NCBI GenBank assembly: GCA_003166335.1
Contig: PMWA01000045.1
Span: 21,571 to 49,882 of the forward strand
DNA length: 28,312 nucleotides
Source of the DNA: Methanobacterium sp.
GTDB taxonomy: Archaea > Methanobacteriota > Methanobacteria > Methanobacteriales > Methanobacteriaceae
Direction of reading: 5' to 3'
Positions 10,029-19,181 of this stretch are shown here, piece by piece (within the stretch, counting starts at the first letter, position 1; each line of letters starts with the position of its first letter). The notes beneath the pieces were generated by a model. That model was not told the DNA's origin. It made no database searches and saw only the letters and a list, made by a program, of their open reading frames with translations. The position numbers were made by a program, and so were the translations under genes.

Positions 10029-11237
10029 ATGGCTAGAGATAGGGTGCTCAGAGCTATCATAGGATTTCTAATTAGACATCAGGTTATAAGTATTGGCACT
10101 AAATATTATCCCACTAATGACCGGGAAAGAGAGTATGTGGAGATGATAAATTATACTCACACCATGCTCTTGGAGATTAAAAAAGCCAATATAACCACGG
10201 AAAACATTTTCCAAAATGTTTTAAAAGAAGTAGGTCAGGGCAATATCCCTCAAAATAGAAGATTCCTAGAATTAAAACCAGCAGAGAAGCAAGTAAATGA
10301 ATATGCTCTTTTAAGTAATATAATAATGGGAAGCGACCGCTACCTTTACCTGGAAATTTTTCAGCGGAACTGGAATATTATAAATGAATTAGCTAATTTA
10401 ATAACATCTGAAAATGGTGTAATCATTGAAAAAAGCAATAGTGAAATAGTTTCACGACTTCTATCTAAAAATGATGCTATAAGAATTGCAATTGAATTAA
10501 TAAGATTAGGAATGGATAATGAAATTGATGTGCGGGCTGCCGTGGGAATGACTGGAGCGGCTGCCATTGAAAGATCAATTAATCTTAACCGGGAAATCGG
10601 AGAAACTTCAGGTGTAGGTTTCACTAAACTTGGAGGAGAATTCTCTATAGCATTCTCCACTAAAATGACAAAACTTGAGGGATCACCTGCAATTTATGAT
10701 AGTTATCTCTTCATTGATGCTATTGATTCAACTAAATTCATAGCTGAAAATGGTAGGGATCGACTAGTTGAGATAATGAATGAGGTTAAGAATTTCATTC
10801 AATCTGATTGCAAGGGTAAAATAGAAGGTTATCGTGAGGGTGGAGATGATCTCATCGCTAATTTACCTACTAAAGATACTGCTTTAAGAGCTGGTATTGA
10901 TTCTGCGTGGCATGCTTTAAATAATGGCATTCGATTAAGGATTGGTATAGGTAAAAGCAGAAGAGAAGCTGGTGAAAGAGCCCAAATGGCTGATAACATT
11001 AAAATATGGAATAAAAGTCCAGTGATGGTGTTTGACTTAGCTGATGGGATCTATGCTTACTATATTCCCTCTGAATTTACCAGGGCAGTGGTGGATTTCC
11101 TCGCTGAGAAAACTGGAAGATTAGTTTTCATATTCATTTTTGTGTTTATAGTTACCTTGATTGGATGGAATTTAGGTTATTGGGAATTGGGTGTGTTCGC
11201 TATAATCTTAGCTTTAATCTACGCTGCTTTTAGTTAA
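10029..11237 (+). CDS. Membrane-anchored protein with tandem palm (GGDEF/class III cyclase/mCpol/GCH-III-like) domains and an intact GGDD motif
   Basis: YLFIDAIDST (D230), REGGDDL (G271-D274) and LRIGIG in the second repeat; a degenerate copy at about residues 105-185; a hydrophobic C-terminal hairpin. The CDS is clear, but the function is inferred. Confidence 0.7.
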   Translation: MARDRVLRAIIGFLIRHQVISIGTKYYPTNDREREYVEMINYTHTMLLEIKKANITTENIFQNVLKEVGQGNIPQNRRFLELKPAEKQVNEYALLSNIIMGSDRYLYLEIFQRNWNIINELANLITSENGVIIEKSNSEIVSRLLSKNDAIRIAIELIRLGMDNEIDVRAAVGMTGAAAIERSINLNREIGETSGVGFTKLGGEFSIAFSTKMTKLEGSPAIYDSYLFIDAIDSTKFIAENGRDRLVEIMNEVKNFIQSDCKGKIEGYREGGDDLIANLPTKDTALRAGIDSAWHALNNGIRLRIGIGKSRREAGERAQMADNIKIWNKSPVMVFDLADGIYAYYIPSEFTRAVVDFLAEKTGRLVFIFIFVFIVTLIGWNLGYWELGVFAIILALIYAAFS

Positions 11238-11427
11238 AAAAAAGTTAATTATTTAAAAAAAATGATAAATTGTATAAAAATTATTTATCGATTTAATTGG
11301 ATGAAAATGTTTTAAATGTAATTAGAAATAAAATAATATTTACATATTATTATTAAAAAAAATTTATTTATACACTTAGTTATGTATTAGTTTAATTACT
11401 TGAAAATAATTTAAGAGTGATTTTCAA

Positions 11428-11730
11428 ATGAAACCTGAAACTAAAGGAAAGCTAATGGTTGCTATGGTGGTGTCTATCTTAGCTTTTGGAATTGGAACAG
11501 GCACGGTATTGGTTACAGGTTTATATCTGAATATGAGTAATCCATTTAATATGACACTTAATCAAACCAACCTAACTAATCAAACCAACCAAACTATTCC
11601 GTCAGTGCAAACAAATAACAATATAAACACTGCTCCATCCACATCATCATCAAATAATGGACAATCCCAACAAAATACTAATGACAATCAATCAACAAAT
11701 AATAATACCGGAACTGGTAATAATAAGTGA
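11428..11730 (+). CDS. Small membrane-anchored or secreted protein with Asn/Thr/Gln/Ser-rich tail
   Basis: Basic N-terminus followed by a hydrophobic helix, then a low-complexity tail with multiple N-X-S/T sequons. GAGTGA RBS upstream. Confidence 0.8.
   Translation: MKPETKGKLMVAMVVSILAFGIGTGTVLVTGLYLNMSNPFNMTLNQTNLTNQTNQTIPSVQTNNNINTAPSTSSSNNGQSQQNTNDNQSTNNNTGTGNNK
11560..11595 (+). repeat. 18-bp tandem duplication inside the CDS (NQTNLT/NQTNQT)
   Basis: AATCAAACCAACCTAACT followed by AATCAAACCAACCAAACT (one mismatch). Confidence 0.8.
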
Positions 11731-11794
11731 AAATCTTTATAAAAAATTAATTAATTTTTTGGTTAAATCATAATTTTTTAGAGGAAAAATTTTT

Positions 11795-12988
11795 ATGAAA
11801 ATAATCCCGGGTGGAATATGTGCTGTAAAAGGAGTGATGGCTGCTGGCTCCTGCGTAGATGAATACGGTGTAGCCATAATTTTAAGTCCCGAAAGCAATG
11901 CATCTGCAGTTTTCACTTCCAACAAGATTATAGCTGCACCTTTAATTGTTAGCCAAGAATCGCTGCAGGATGGTAAGCTTTCAGCTATTGTAGCTAACAG
12001 TGGTAATGCTAATTGCTTCACGGGGGAAGAAGGTTTAAAGGATGCCAGACTAATGATTAGAACTGTTTCGGAGAATCTTGATCTTAATCCTGATGATGTA
12101 GCTGTGGCTTCCACGGGAATAATTGGTAGAAAGCTTCCTATGGATACTATAACTCCCTTAATAAATTGTGCCCTTAATAAGCTTGAAAATTCATTTAAAG
12201 CTTCTAAGAATGCTGCTGAAGCTATAATGACTACGGATACTGTTCCTAAAGAATTTGCAGTGGAAATTGAACTTAAAACTGGAGAAAAAGTTAGAATTGG
12301 TGGTATAACTAAAGGATCGGGCATGATAGCCCCGAATATGGGTACTTTACTCAGTTTTATAACTACAGATGTCAAAGCTTCTCCTCAGGAACTTAAAACG
12401 GCTTTAAAGGAAGCAGTTGATAATACTTTAAACTTAGTAGTTATAGATGGTGATATAAGCACTAATGATACAGTTATTCTTATGGCTAATGGACGTTCAG
12501 GCAGAATAGATGAGAATTTTCAAGAAGCCCTGGAATATGTATGTTCAAATTTAGCTAGAATGATAGCTAAAGATGGTGAAGGAGCCACGAAACTTATGGA
12601 AGTTGAAGTTAAAGGTGCAAAAACTTTTCACGATGCTAAAAAAGCAGCGAAATCCATAGTAACTTCACCATTATTTAAATCAGCTTTATTTGGTTCAGAT
12701 CCAAATTGGGGTCGTATTATGGCGGCTGTTGGATATTCCGGAGCTGAAATAGATGAAAAATTAATTACAGTTACACTTGAATCTGAAGATAAACAGATTG
12801 AAATTGTAGAAACTGGTGTAGTAAAAGCTTTTGAAGGCTCCGAAGAACTTGAAGTAGCAGAGAAAATCATGAAACAAAATGAGATTAAAATAATTGTAGA
12901 TTTATCTTTAGGAAAATTCAAAGCTACAGCCTATGGTTGCGACTTAAGCTATGAATATGTACGTATTAACGCAGAATACAGTTCTTAA
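11795..12988 (+). CDS. argJ: Ornithine acetyltransferase (glutamate N-acetyltransferase)
   Basis: Motifs [35 protein letters not shown] (autoproteolysis Thr), [15 protein letters not shown] and DPNWGRI. Confidence 0.97.
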   Translation: MKIIPGGICAVKGVMAAGSCVDEYGVAIILSPESNASAVFTSNKIIAAPLIVSQESLQDGKLSAIVANSGNANCFTGEEGLKDARLMIRTVSENLDLNPDDVAVASTGIIGRKLPMDTITPLINCALNKLENSFKASKNAAEAIMTTDTVPKEFAVEIELKTGEKVRIGGITKGSGMIAPNMGTLLSFITTDVKASPQELKTALKEAVDNTLNLVVIDGDISTNDTVILMANGRSGRIDENFQEALEYVCSNLARMIAKDGEGATKLMEVEVKGAKTFHDAKKAAKSIVTSPLFKSALFGSDPNWGRIMAAVGYSGAEIDEKLITVTLESEDKQIEIVETGVVKAFEGSEELEVAEKIMKQNEIKIIVDLSLGKFKATAYGCDLSYEYVRINAEYSS

Positions 12989-13104
12989 AATGACTAGAAT
13001 AAAAAATGATATTAATTCCGTATCAAATTTAAAAAAAAATTTTTTTATTTATTTTAATTAAAGCTTCAGGCTTTTAAAAAAAAAATTTACAGGTCAAAAA
13101 AATT

Positions 13105-13986
13105 ATGGAAACCGTGAATATTTTAATTGAAGCATTGCCCTACATCAAGAAGTTTCATGGGAATAAGATTATGATTAAATATGGAGGCCATGCTATGATT
13201 GATGCAGAGGCTAAAAGTTCCACTGCTAGGGATACGGTACTGTTGAAGTATGTGGGTATGCAACCAATTGTAGTTCATGGTGGGGGGCCTGAAATCTCCC
13301 GTTCCATGAATAAATTGGGTAAGGAACCTCAGTTTATTGAGGGACTTCGTGTGACTGATCAAGAGACTATGGATATAGTTAAGATGGTGTTGGTTGGTAA
13401 GATTAATACTGAAATTGTAGCCAATATTGGCTTGCATGGTGGAAAAGGTATAGGTCTTTCTGGAAAAGATAATCATCTTTTGATGGCTCGTAAAAGAGCT
13501 CCTCAGGTTATTATTGATGATAAAACTGGGAAGGAGAAGACTGTAGATTTAGGTTTAGTGGGAGAGATTGAATCAATTAATCCAGAAGTTATTGATGTAT
13601 TAACGTCAAATGATTATATTCCAATAATATCCCCCATAGGGGTTGATGAGAGAGCTAACACTCTTAACCTTAATGCAGATACTGTGGCGGGTGATATAGC
13701 TGGTCATGTAGGTGCTGAAAAACTGATTATACTTACTGACGTTCCAGGTATAATGGAGGATCCTGAAGATCCTGAAAGCCTCATTAAAAAAGTGAATTTA
13801 GATGAGATATTGGAACTTATTGATCAAGGAATTGTAAAGGATGGTATGCTTCCCAAGGTCCTAACCTGTATCAATGCTATTCAAATGGGTGTTTCATCTG
13901 CTCATATAATTGATGGCAGAGTTAAGCATTCTGTACTCTTAGAGATTTTTACTAAAAAAGGTATTGGTACTATGATAACTAATTAA
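13105..13986 (+). CDS. argB: Acetylglutamate kinase
   Basis: Motifs [42 protein letters not shown] and LLEIFT..GIGT. Confidence 0.98.
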   Translation: METVNILIEALPYIKKFHGNKIMIKYGGHAMIDAEAKSSTARDTVLLKYVGMQPIVVHGGGPEISRSMNKLGKEPQFIEGLRVTDQETMDIVKMVLVGKINTEIVANIGLHGGKGIGLSGKDNHLLMARKRAPQVIIDDKTGKEKTVDLGLVGEIESINPEVIDVLTSNDYIPIISPIGVDERANTLNLNADTVAGDIAGHVGAEKLIILTDVPGIMEDPEDPESLIKKVNLDEILELIDQGIVKDGMLPKVLTCINAIQMGVSSAHIIDGRVKHSVLLEIFTKKGIGTMITN

Positions 13987-14061
13987 AAAAAAATGAGGTT
14001 TTTTATCAGTTTTTTATAAATTGGAAATTCTAAATTTGATTTCGTAAAGGTGGAAAATAGT

Positions 14062-15072
14062 ATGATAAGTGTTGGTATAGTAGGTGCAAGTGGTTATACT
14101 GGAGGAGAACTTTTAAGGTTTCTCGAGGGTCATCCTCAAGTAGAGGTGGTGGCAGCCACTTCACGACGGTTTGACGGAAATCCTATTTATAAAGTACATC
14201 CTAATTTAAGGGATGTAGATCTCAAATTCGAAAATTTATCACCAGGAGATATAGATGCGGATCTGGTTTTTACAGCAACTCCTCATGGTGCTTCTCTTAA
14301 GATAGTTCCTGAGTTAATTGAGAATGATGTAAAAGTAGTTGATTTAAGTGGAGATTACCGGTTCAATAATTTAGAAGTTTATGAAAAGTGGTATGGTTAT
14401 AAACATCAAAAAATACTTAAAGCCATCTACGGACTTCCCGAATTATATCGTGAAGATATAAAACAGGCTAATCTAATAGCTAACCCGGGTTGTTTCCCTA
14501 CTGGAGGTTTACTTGCTTCATACCCATTAGTATCCGAGAAACTGGTGGATACGATTATTATTGATTCTAAAACGGGGATAAGTGGAGCTGGAGTTAAACC
14601 TACCGAAGCAACCCATTATCCCAACTGCAGTGATAATGTAGGAGCTTATTCAGTTACAACTCATAAACATATGCCTGAAATACAGGAGAAACTCTCCGAA
14701 GTGGGTGAAGTAAAGGTTTCCTTCACTCCTCACCTGGTTCCGGTTATAAGGGGAATTCTAAGCACTGTGCATACTTTCCTCTTAGAGGATGTAACATCAT
14801 CCTATGTGAAAGAAGTTTATGATGAGTTTTATGAAGGTGAACCATTTATTAGAGTTTTAGATGCTGGTGAGATACCCAGATTAAGTGCAGTTAGAGGTTC
14901 CAATTACTGTCACATCGGATGTTTTGATATTGATGAAAATGGACGGATGGTAGTGGTCTCCAGTATTGATAATCTTGTTAAAGGTGCTTCAGGACAAGCA
15001 GTGCATAATATGAATATTATGTTTGGATTTAGAGAAACTGAATCTTTGGATATGGTGGGATTGCATCCTTAA
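14062..15072 (+). CDS. argC: N-acetyl-gamma-glutamyl-phosphate reductase
   Basis: Motifs [31 protein letters not shown] and [14 protein letters not shown] 14062 is preferred over GTG 14050 because the AGGTGG RBS lies just upstream of it. Confidence 0.97.
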   Translation: MISVGIVGASGYTGGELLRFLEGHPQVEVVAATSRRFDGNPIYKVHPNLRDVDLKFENLSPGDIDADLVFTATPHGASLKIVPELIENDVKVVDLSGDYRFNNLEVYEKWYGYKHQKILKAIYGLPELYREDIKQANLIANPGCFPTGGLLASYPLVSEKLVDTIIIDSKTGISGAGVKPTEATHYPNCSDNVGAYSVTTHKHMPEIQEKLSEVGEVKVSFTPHLVPVIRGILSTVHTFLLEDVTSSYVKEVYDEFYEGEPFIRVLDAGEIPRLSAVRGSNYCHIGCFDIDENGRMVVVSSIDNLVKGASGQAVHNMNIMFGFRETESLDMVGLHP

Positions 15073-15178
15073 AATGTATATCCTAAAATTTTATATTAGA
15101 ATATTTATTTTTAGAAATATAATGTAAATATTTAAATTTTAATTCTAGTTATGAAATCTCGAAAATAAGCTTAAATCA

Positions 15179-15186
15179 TTATATAA
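15179..15186 (+). promoter_or_regulatory. Possible TATA box for secF-secD-pyrI
   Basis: TTATATAA in the argC-secF intergenic region. The background is AT-rich, so this is tentative. Confidence 0.3.
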
Positions 15187-15337
15187 TATAACTTATACAG
15201 AGGTAATTAACAAAGTTGAAATGGATAAATAAAAAAAATTAGTTTATGGGTTATTTTTTTTTATGAATATACAAAATCAAAAAATTTTATTTAGTAATTC
15301 CCTAAAATATTATTTAATTAAATTTTGGTGAAATTAA

Positions 15338-16180
15338 ATGTCTATACTAGAAAGATTCTTGAGTAATTATAAACCATTGATAGCCGTACCGGTGATAATT
15401 ACATTAATTGCTGTAGCTTTAATCGCAACTCACGGCGTAACTGAGAATATAGATCTTAAAGGAGGTTCAAATGCTGTAATACAGCTTGAAAAACCTATAA
15501 GTTCCTCTGATCTTCAAAACATTATCGCAAAGGGGATTAACAATAATCAAGTAGATGTAACATCTATTGCTAATAATCAGGCTACCATCCAAATAAGTGG
15601 TCCAACAAATGTGTCAACTTTTGTTAATGCCATTAGTGGAACAGGAACTCTACTAAGTTTCCAGTCAGTAGGAGCGCTTTTAAGCAGTCAAGCATTATCA
15701 CAAGTATATTATGCTCTAGCATTTGCCTTCCTATTCATGTCCATCACTGTTTTCATTGTATTTAGGAATATTGTACCTTCAGTAGCAGTTATACTCGCTG
15801 CACTCTCTGATATAACCATAGCCTTAGGTGGAATGTCCCTTTTTGGAATACCATTAGGGGTTGCCTCTGTAGGCGCGCTTCTGATGCTTATAGGTTATAG
15901 TGTAGACACTGACATTTTACTTACTACTAGAGTTTTAAAGCGAAGAGAAGGCACAATAAATGAAAGAGCTACCAATGCTATGAAAACAGGCTTCACCATG
16001 GCCGCCGCGGCTATAGGTTCTATGGTTACTCTTTATTTAGTAGTTATCATATTCATACCCTTTGCTCAAACATTAAGTTTAATAGCTTCCGTTCTCATTA
16101 TTGGATTGATTGCAGATATACTAGCCACCTGGTTAATGAACCTGGGAATACTAAAATGGTATATGGAGGATAGAAGATGA
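15338..16180 (+). CDS. secF: Protein translocase subunit SecF (archaeal)
   Basis: IDLKGG after TM1, [23 protein letters not shown], and six predicted TM segments. Confidence 0.95.
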   Translation: MSILERFLSNYKPLIAVPVIITLIAVALIATHGVTENIDLKGGSNAVIQLEKPISSSDLQNIIAKGINNNQVDVTSIANNQATIQISGPTNVSTFVNAISGTGTLLSFQSVGALLSSQALSQVYYALAFAFLFMSITVFIVFRNIVPSVAVILAALSDITIALGGMSLFGIPLGVASVGALLMLIGYSVDTDILLTTRVLKRREGTINERATNAMKTGFTMAAAAIGSMVTLYLVVIIFIPFAQTLSLIASVLIIGLIADILATWLMNLGILKWYMEDRR

Positions 16181-17490
16181 GACAAGATATTATCGACTTC
16201 ATCAAAGACTACCGAGTCATAATACTAATAGTTTTTTTAATTGCTAGTATAGCATCCATTTCTATAAGCGGAATAACGGAGGGTTTAGATCTTAAAGGAG
16301 GATCTAGCATCCAGATTGAGCTGCAACAACCCGTTAATGTTACCACTATGGATACAGTTATTAGTGTGTTAAATAAACGATTGGACGTTTTCGGAGTGAA
16401 GGATGTTCAAGTAAGGCCTAGTGGTAATCAAAGTGTTCTAGTTGAAGTTGCTGGTGTTCAACCACAAGATGTATCTAATCTGGTAGGGACGCCGGGTAAG
16501 TTCGATGCTACCATAGGTAACCAAACTGTACTGTTGGGTTCGGATATCGTAACTGTTCAGGCTTACTCAGTCACGGGAAACACTTGGCAAGTTCCATTTA
16601 CTATAACTACGACTGCAGCTGATAATTTCGCTCAAGCTGCTAAGGGTAAGGCGGGTCAGCCAGTTAATATGTATTTGGATAATAATTTGGTTTCTTCACC
16701 CCAGTTAGATCCAGGACTCGCTAATGGTGTACCATCAACTGATGTAGAAGTATCAGGCACTGCAGCGTCAGCTGCTGCTGCTGAAACGCAAGCTAAGAAT
16801 ATTCAAACCATTCTACAGTCAGGTTCACTGCCTGTACAGGTGAGTATAGAGGGTGTAAGTAGTGTATCTGCAGAATTGGGAACTGAATTCGTGAATGGAG
16901 CTTTAATAGCTGGATTTGCAGCATTACTTGTTATATCTGCTGTAATCCTATTTAGATATCGGACACCTATTTTAGTTTTACCAATAATATTCACTAGTCT
17001 AGCTGAATTAGTATTAATACTAGGAGTTGCTTCTATTATACATTGGAATATTGATTTAGCCGCTATAGCAGGTATAATCGCCGCTATAGGTACTGGAGTA
17101 GATGATCAGATTATAATCACAGATGAAGTATTGAAAGGTAATCGTGATTTTAATGTTAAACCTAATCAAAAAAGTCGCAGAAGTAAAAAAGCTGATAAAA
17201 AGAGGGGTAAGGGTAAAAAAGCTAAATCTGAACCTAAAAAGGTTAAAGTCTCCAGAAGAATCTCTGGATTCAGGTTAAGAATACGAAGTGCTTTCTTTAT
17301 CATATACGCGTCTGCTGCAACACTTATAGCAGCCATGTTACCTATAGCTTATGTGGGATTTGCCACAGGGTCTGGACTCGGAGTATTAGTAGGTTTTGCA
17401 TTCACCACTATTGTGGGTGTTTTAATTGGAATATTCATAACTCGACCAGTATATGCTAAATTTGTGGAATTACTCGTCGGTACTAATTAA
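16177..17490 (+). CDS. secD: Protein translocase subunit SecD (archaeal)
   Basis: Motifs [37 protein letters not shown] and [25 protein letters not shown] overlap with secF. Confidence 0.95.
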   Translation: MRQDIIDFIKDYRVIILIVFLIASIASISISGITEGLDLKGGSSIQIELQQPVNVTTMDTVISVLNKRLDVFGVKDVQVRPSGNQSVLVEVAGVQPQDVSNLVGTPGKFDATIGNQTVLLGSDIVTVQAYSVTGNTWQVPFTITTTAADNFAQAAKGKAGQPVNMYLDNNLVSSPQLDPGLANGVPSTDVEVSGTAASAAAAETQAKNIQTILQSGSLPVQVSIEGVSSVSAELGTEFVNGALIAGFAALLVISAVILFRYRTPILVLPIIFTSLAELVLILGVASIIHWNIDLAAIAGIIAAIGTGVDDQIIITDEVLKGNRDFNVKPNQKSRRSKKADKKRGKGKKAKSEPKKVKVSRRISGFRLRIRSAFFIIYASAATLIAAMLPIAYVGFATGSGLGVLVGFAFTTIVGVLIGIFITRPVYAKFVELLVGTN

Positions 17491-17536
17491 AATGAAAGAT
17501 TTGATATTATTTTGAAAAACAGGGATTTATAAAACA

Positions 17537-18001
17537 ATGAAAACTCCCCGGGAACTTAAGGTCAAACCTATAAAAAATGGAACAGTTATAGATCATATAA
17601 AAGCTAATAAAGCTCTTAGTGTGCTTAAGATACTAGGTTTACCTAATGAAGAGACAGCTGTAACTGTTGCCATGAATGTTCAATCCTCCCTTATGGGAAG
17701 TAAGGATATTGTTAAAGTGGAGGGAAGAGAGTTAGAATCCCGGGAAGTGGATAAAATTGCTTTAATAGCTCCAAAAGCCACTATTAACATTATAAGAGAT
17801 TATGAAATAGTGGGTAAAGGTAAGGTTAAGCTTCGAGATGAAATAAACGGTATTTTAAATTGCCTTAATCCTAACTGCATAACTAACACCGGGGAGCCTG
17901 TGGAAACTAAATTTTATGTTATCGTAAAAGAACCTGTAATCCTCAGATGCTACTATTGTGAAAGAATAATGGATGCAGATGAAATTGAATCACAATTATA
18001 A
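17537..18001 (+). CDS. pyrI: Aspartate carbamoyltransferase regulatory chain
   Basis: [18 protein letters not shown], and Zn ligands CLNPNCITN and CYYCE. Confidence 0.97.
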   Translation: MKTPRELKVKPIKNGTVIDHIKANKALSVLKILGLPNEETAVTVAMNVQSSLMGSKDIVKVEGRELESREVDKIALIAPKATINIIRDYEIVGKGKVKLRDEINGILNCLNPNCITNTGEPVETKFYVIVKEPVILRCYYCERIMDADEIESQL

Positions 18002-18120
18002 ACTCTTAAAACAACATTTGTAAAACTAGAAATTATTTAAAAATAAGTTTAAATCTTTTTTTTATTCATATAATTTTTTGAAATTCAATACAATTTTAAA
18101 AATGAGGAGGATTTTTTAAG

Positions 18121-18864
18121 ATGAAAATAGCTGACGGTGTAAAAATGATGGAATTATCCATGAATATGGGTGGAATACAAAGCAGTATTCATCCAACATT
18201 GATCTGGGATGATAATAACGTGATTCTGGTTGATGCAGGTTTACCAGGTGGATTACCTGATATTAAGGAGGAAATGAATAAAACTGGTGTATCATTCGAT
18301 AAACTCGATAAAATAATTATAACTCACCAGGATATGGATCATATTGGAGGTTTACCCGATATTTTGAGAGAATCAGATCATGAAATCAAAGTACTGGCAC
18401 ATGAAGAGGATAAACCATATATCCAAGGCGAGAAGAGGTTGAATAAAATAACACCAGAACGTAGAGAACAACTTGAAAAACAACTCAAATCCATGCCCGA
18501 GGAGCAGCGTAATGCAATGCAGAAATTGTTCCAAAATCCACCTACAGCTAAAGTAGATGAGACTCTAAAGGACGAGGTTGAATTACCATACTGTGGTGGA
18601 ATCCGTATTATCCACACACCAGGCCACACTCCAGGTCACATAGTTCTGTATCTTAAACAAAGCAAAATTCTTATAGCTGGTGACTTGTTAAATATCATAG
18701 ATGGTGAATTAGTTGGACCGAATCCACAGCATACCCCTAATATGGATTCAGCTTTAAAATCACTACAAAAATTAACCCAATACGACATCGAGAAAGTAAT
18801 CACTTATCATGGTGGGTTATACACCGAAAATCCTAATCAAAAAATTGCTGAATTAAATAAATAA
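18121..18864 (+). CDS. Metallo-beta-lactamase-fold hydrolase
   Basis: Motifs LVDAG, THQDMDHIGG, HTPGHTPGH, AGD and YHGG. Strong GAGGAGG RBS. Confidence 0.9.
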   Translation: MKIADGVKMMELSMNMGGIQSSIHPTLIWDDNNVILVDAGLPGGLPDIKEEMNKTGVSFDKLDKIIITHQDMDHIGGLPDILRESDHEIKVLAHEEDKPYIQGEKRLNKITPERREQLEKQLKSMPEEQRNAMQKLFQNPPTAKVDETLKDEVELPYCGGIRIIHTPGHTPGHIVLYLKQSKILIAGDLLNIIDGELVGPNPQHTPNMDSALKSLQKLTQYDIEKVITYHGGLYTENPNQKIAELNK

Positions 18865-19063
18865 ACATAATAACATTTAAAATCATACAAATTAAAAAAT
18901 ATTATTTTTTTTTTAAAATCAATATGAAAATTGAATTTCCAAAAATAAAACTTAGCTTATAAAAATAAAAAATAATCATCTATGATTACAAATTCAATTT
19001 TTTAAGTAATTTCCACTTGTTTTTTTTATAAAAAATTTTTTTAATTTAAATAATATCTTTAAA

Positions 19064-19101
19064 CTTTATAATGGGGCTGTATAATCTATATAACTGTATA
19101 A
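19064..19101 (+). promoter_or_regulatory. TATA box plus repeated CTnTATAA motifs upstream of the ABC exporter (candidate promoter/operator)
   Basis: CTTTATAA 19064-19071, CTGTATAA 19077-19084, CTATATAA 19086-19093 and CTGTATAA 19094-19101. Confidence 0.45.
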
Positions 19102-19181
19102 ACCTAAAAAGGATTAATACCATAAATAAATGTTTTTTTTTTAAACATTCAAATCTTTTTAATAAACTATTTTAAAGGAAA

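Noticed and set aside
10029..11237. Calling the GGDD protein Cas10 or a diguanylate cyclase
   Set aside because: It has no HD domain or Zn finger, there are no cas genes or array nearby, and it lacks the NDxxGHxxGD guanine-binding motif of diguanylate cyclases. Only the fold-level call is supportable.
11737..12375. 212-aa antisense ORF over argJ
   Set aside because: It is a shadow of a well-supported gene on the opposite strand and has no recognisable motifs.
13031..13090. A-run/T-run palindromes here and after many other genes
   Set aside because: They are probably ordinary archaeal oligo-T terminators or low-complexity background and are not individually supportable.
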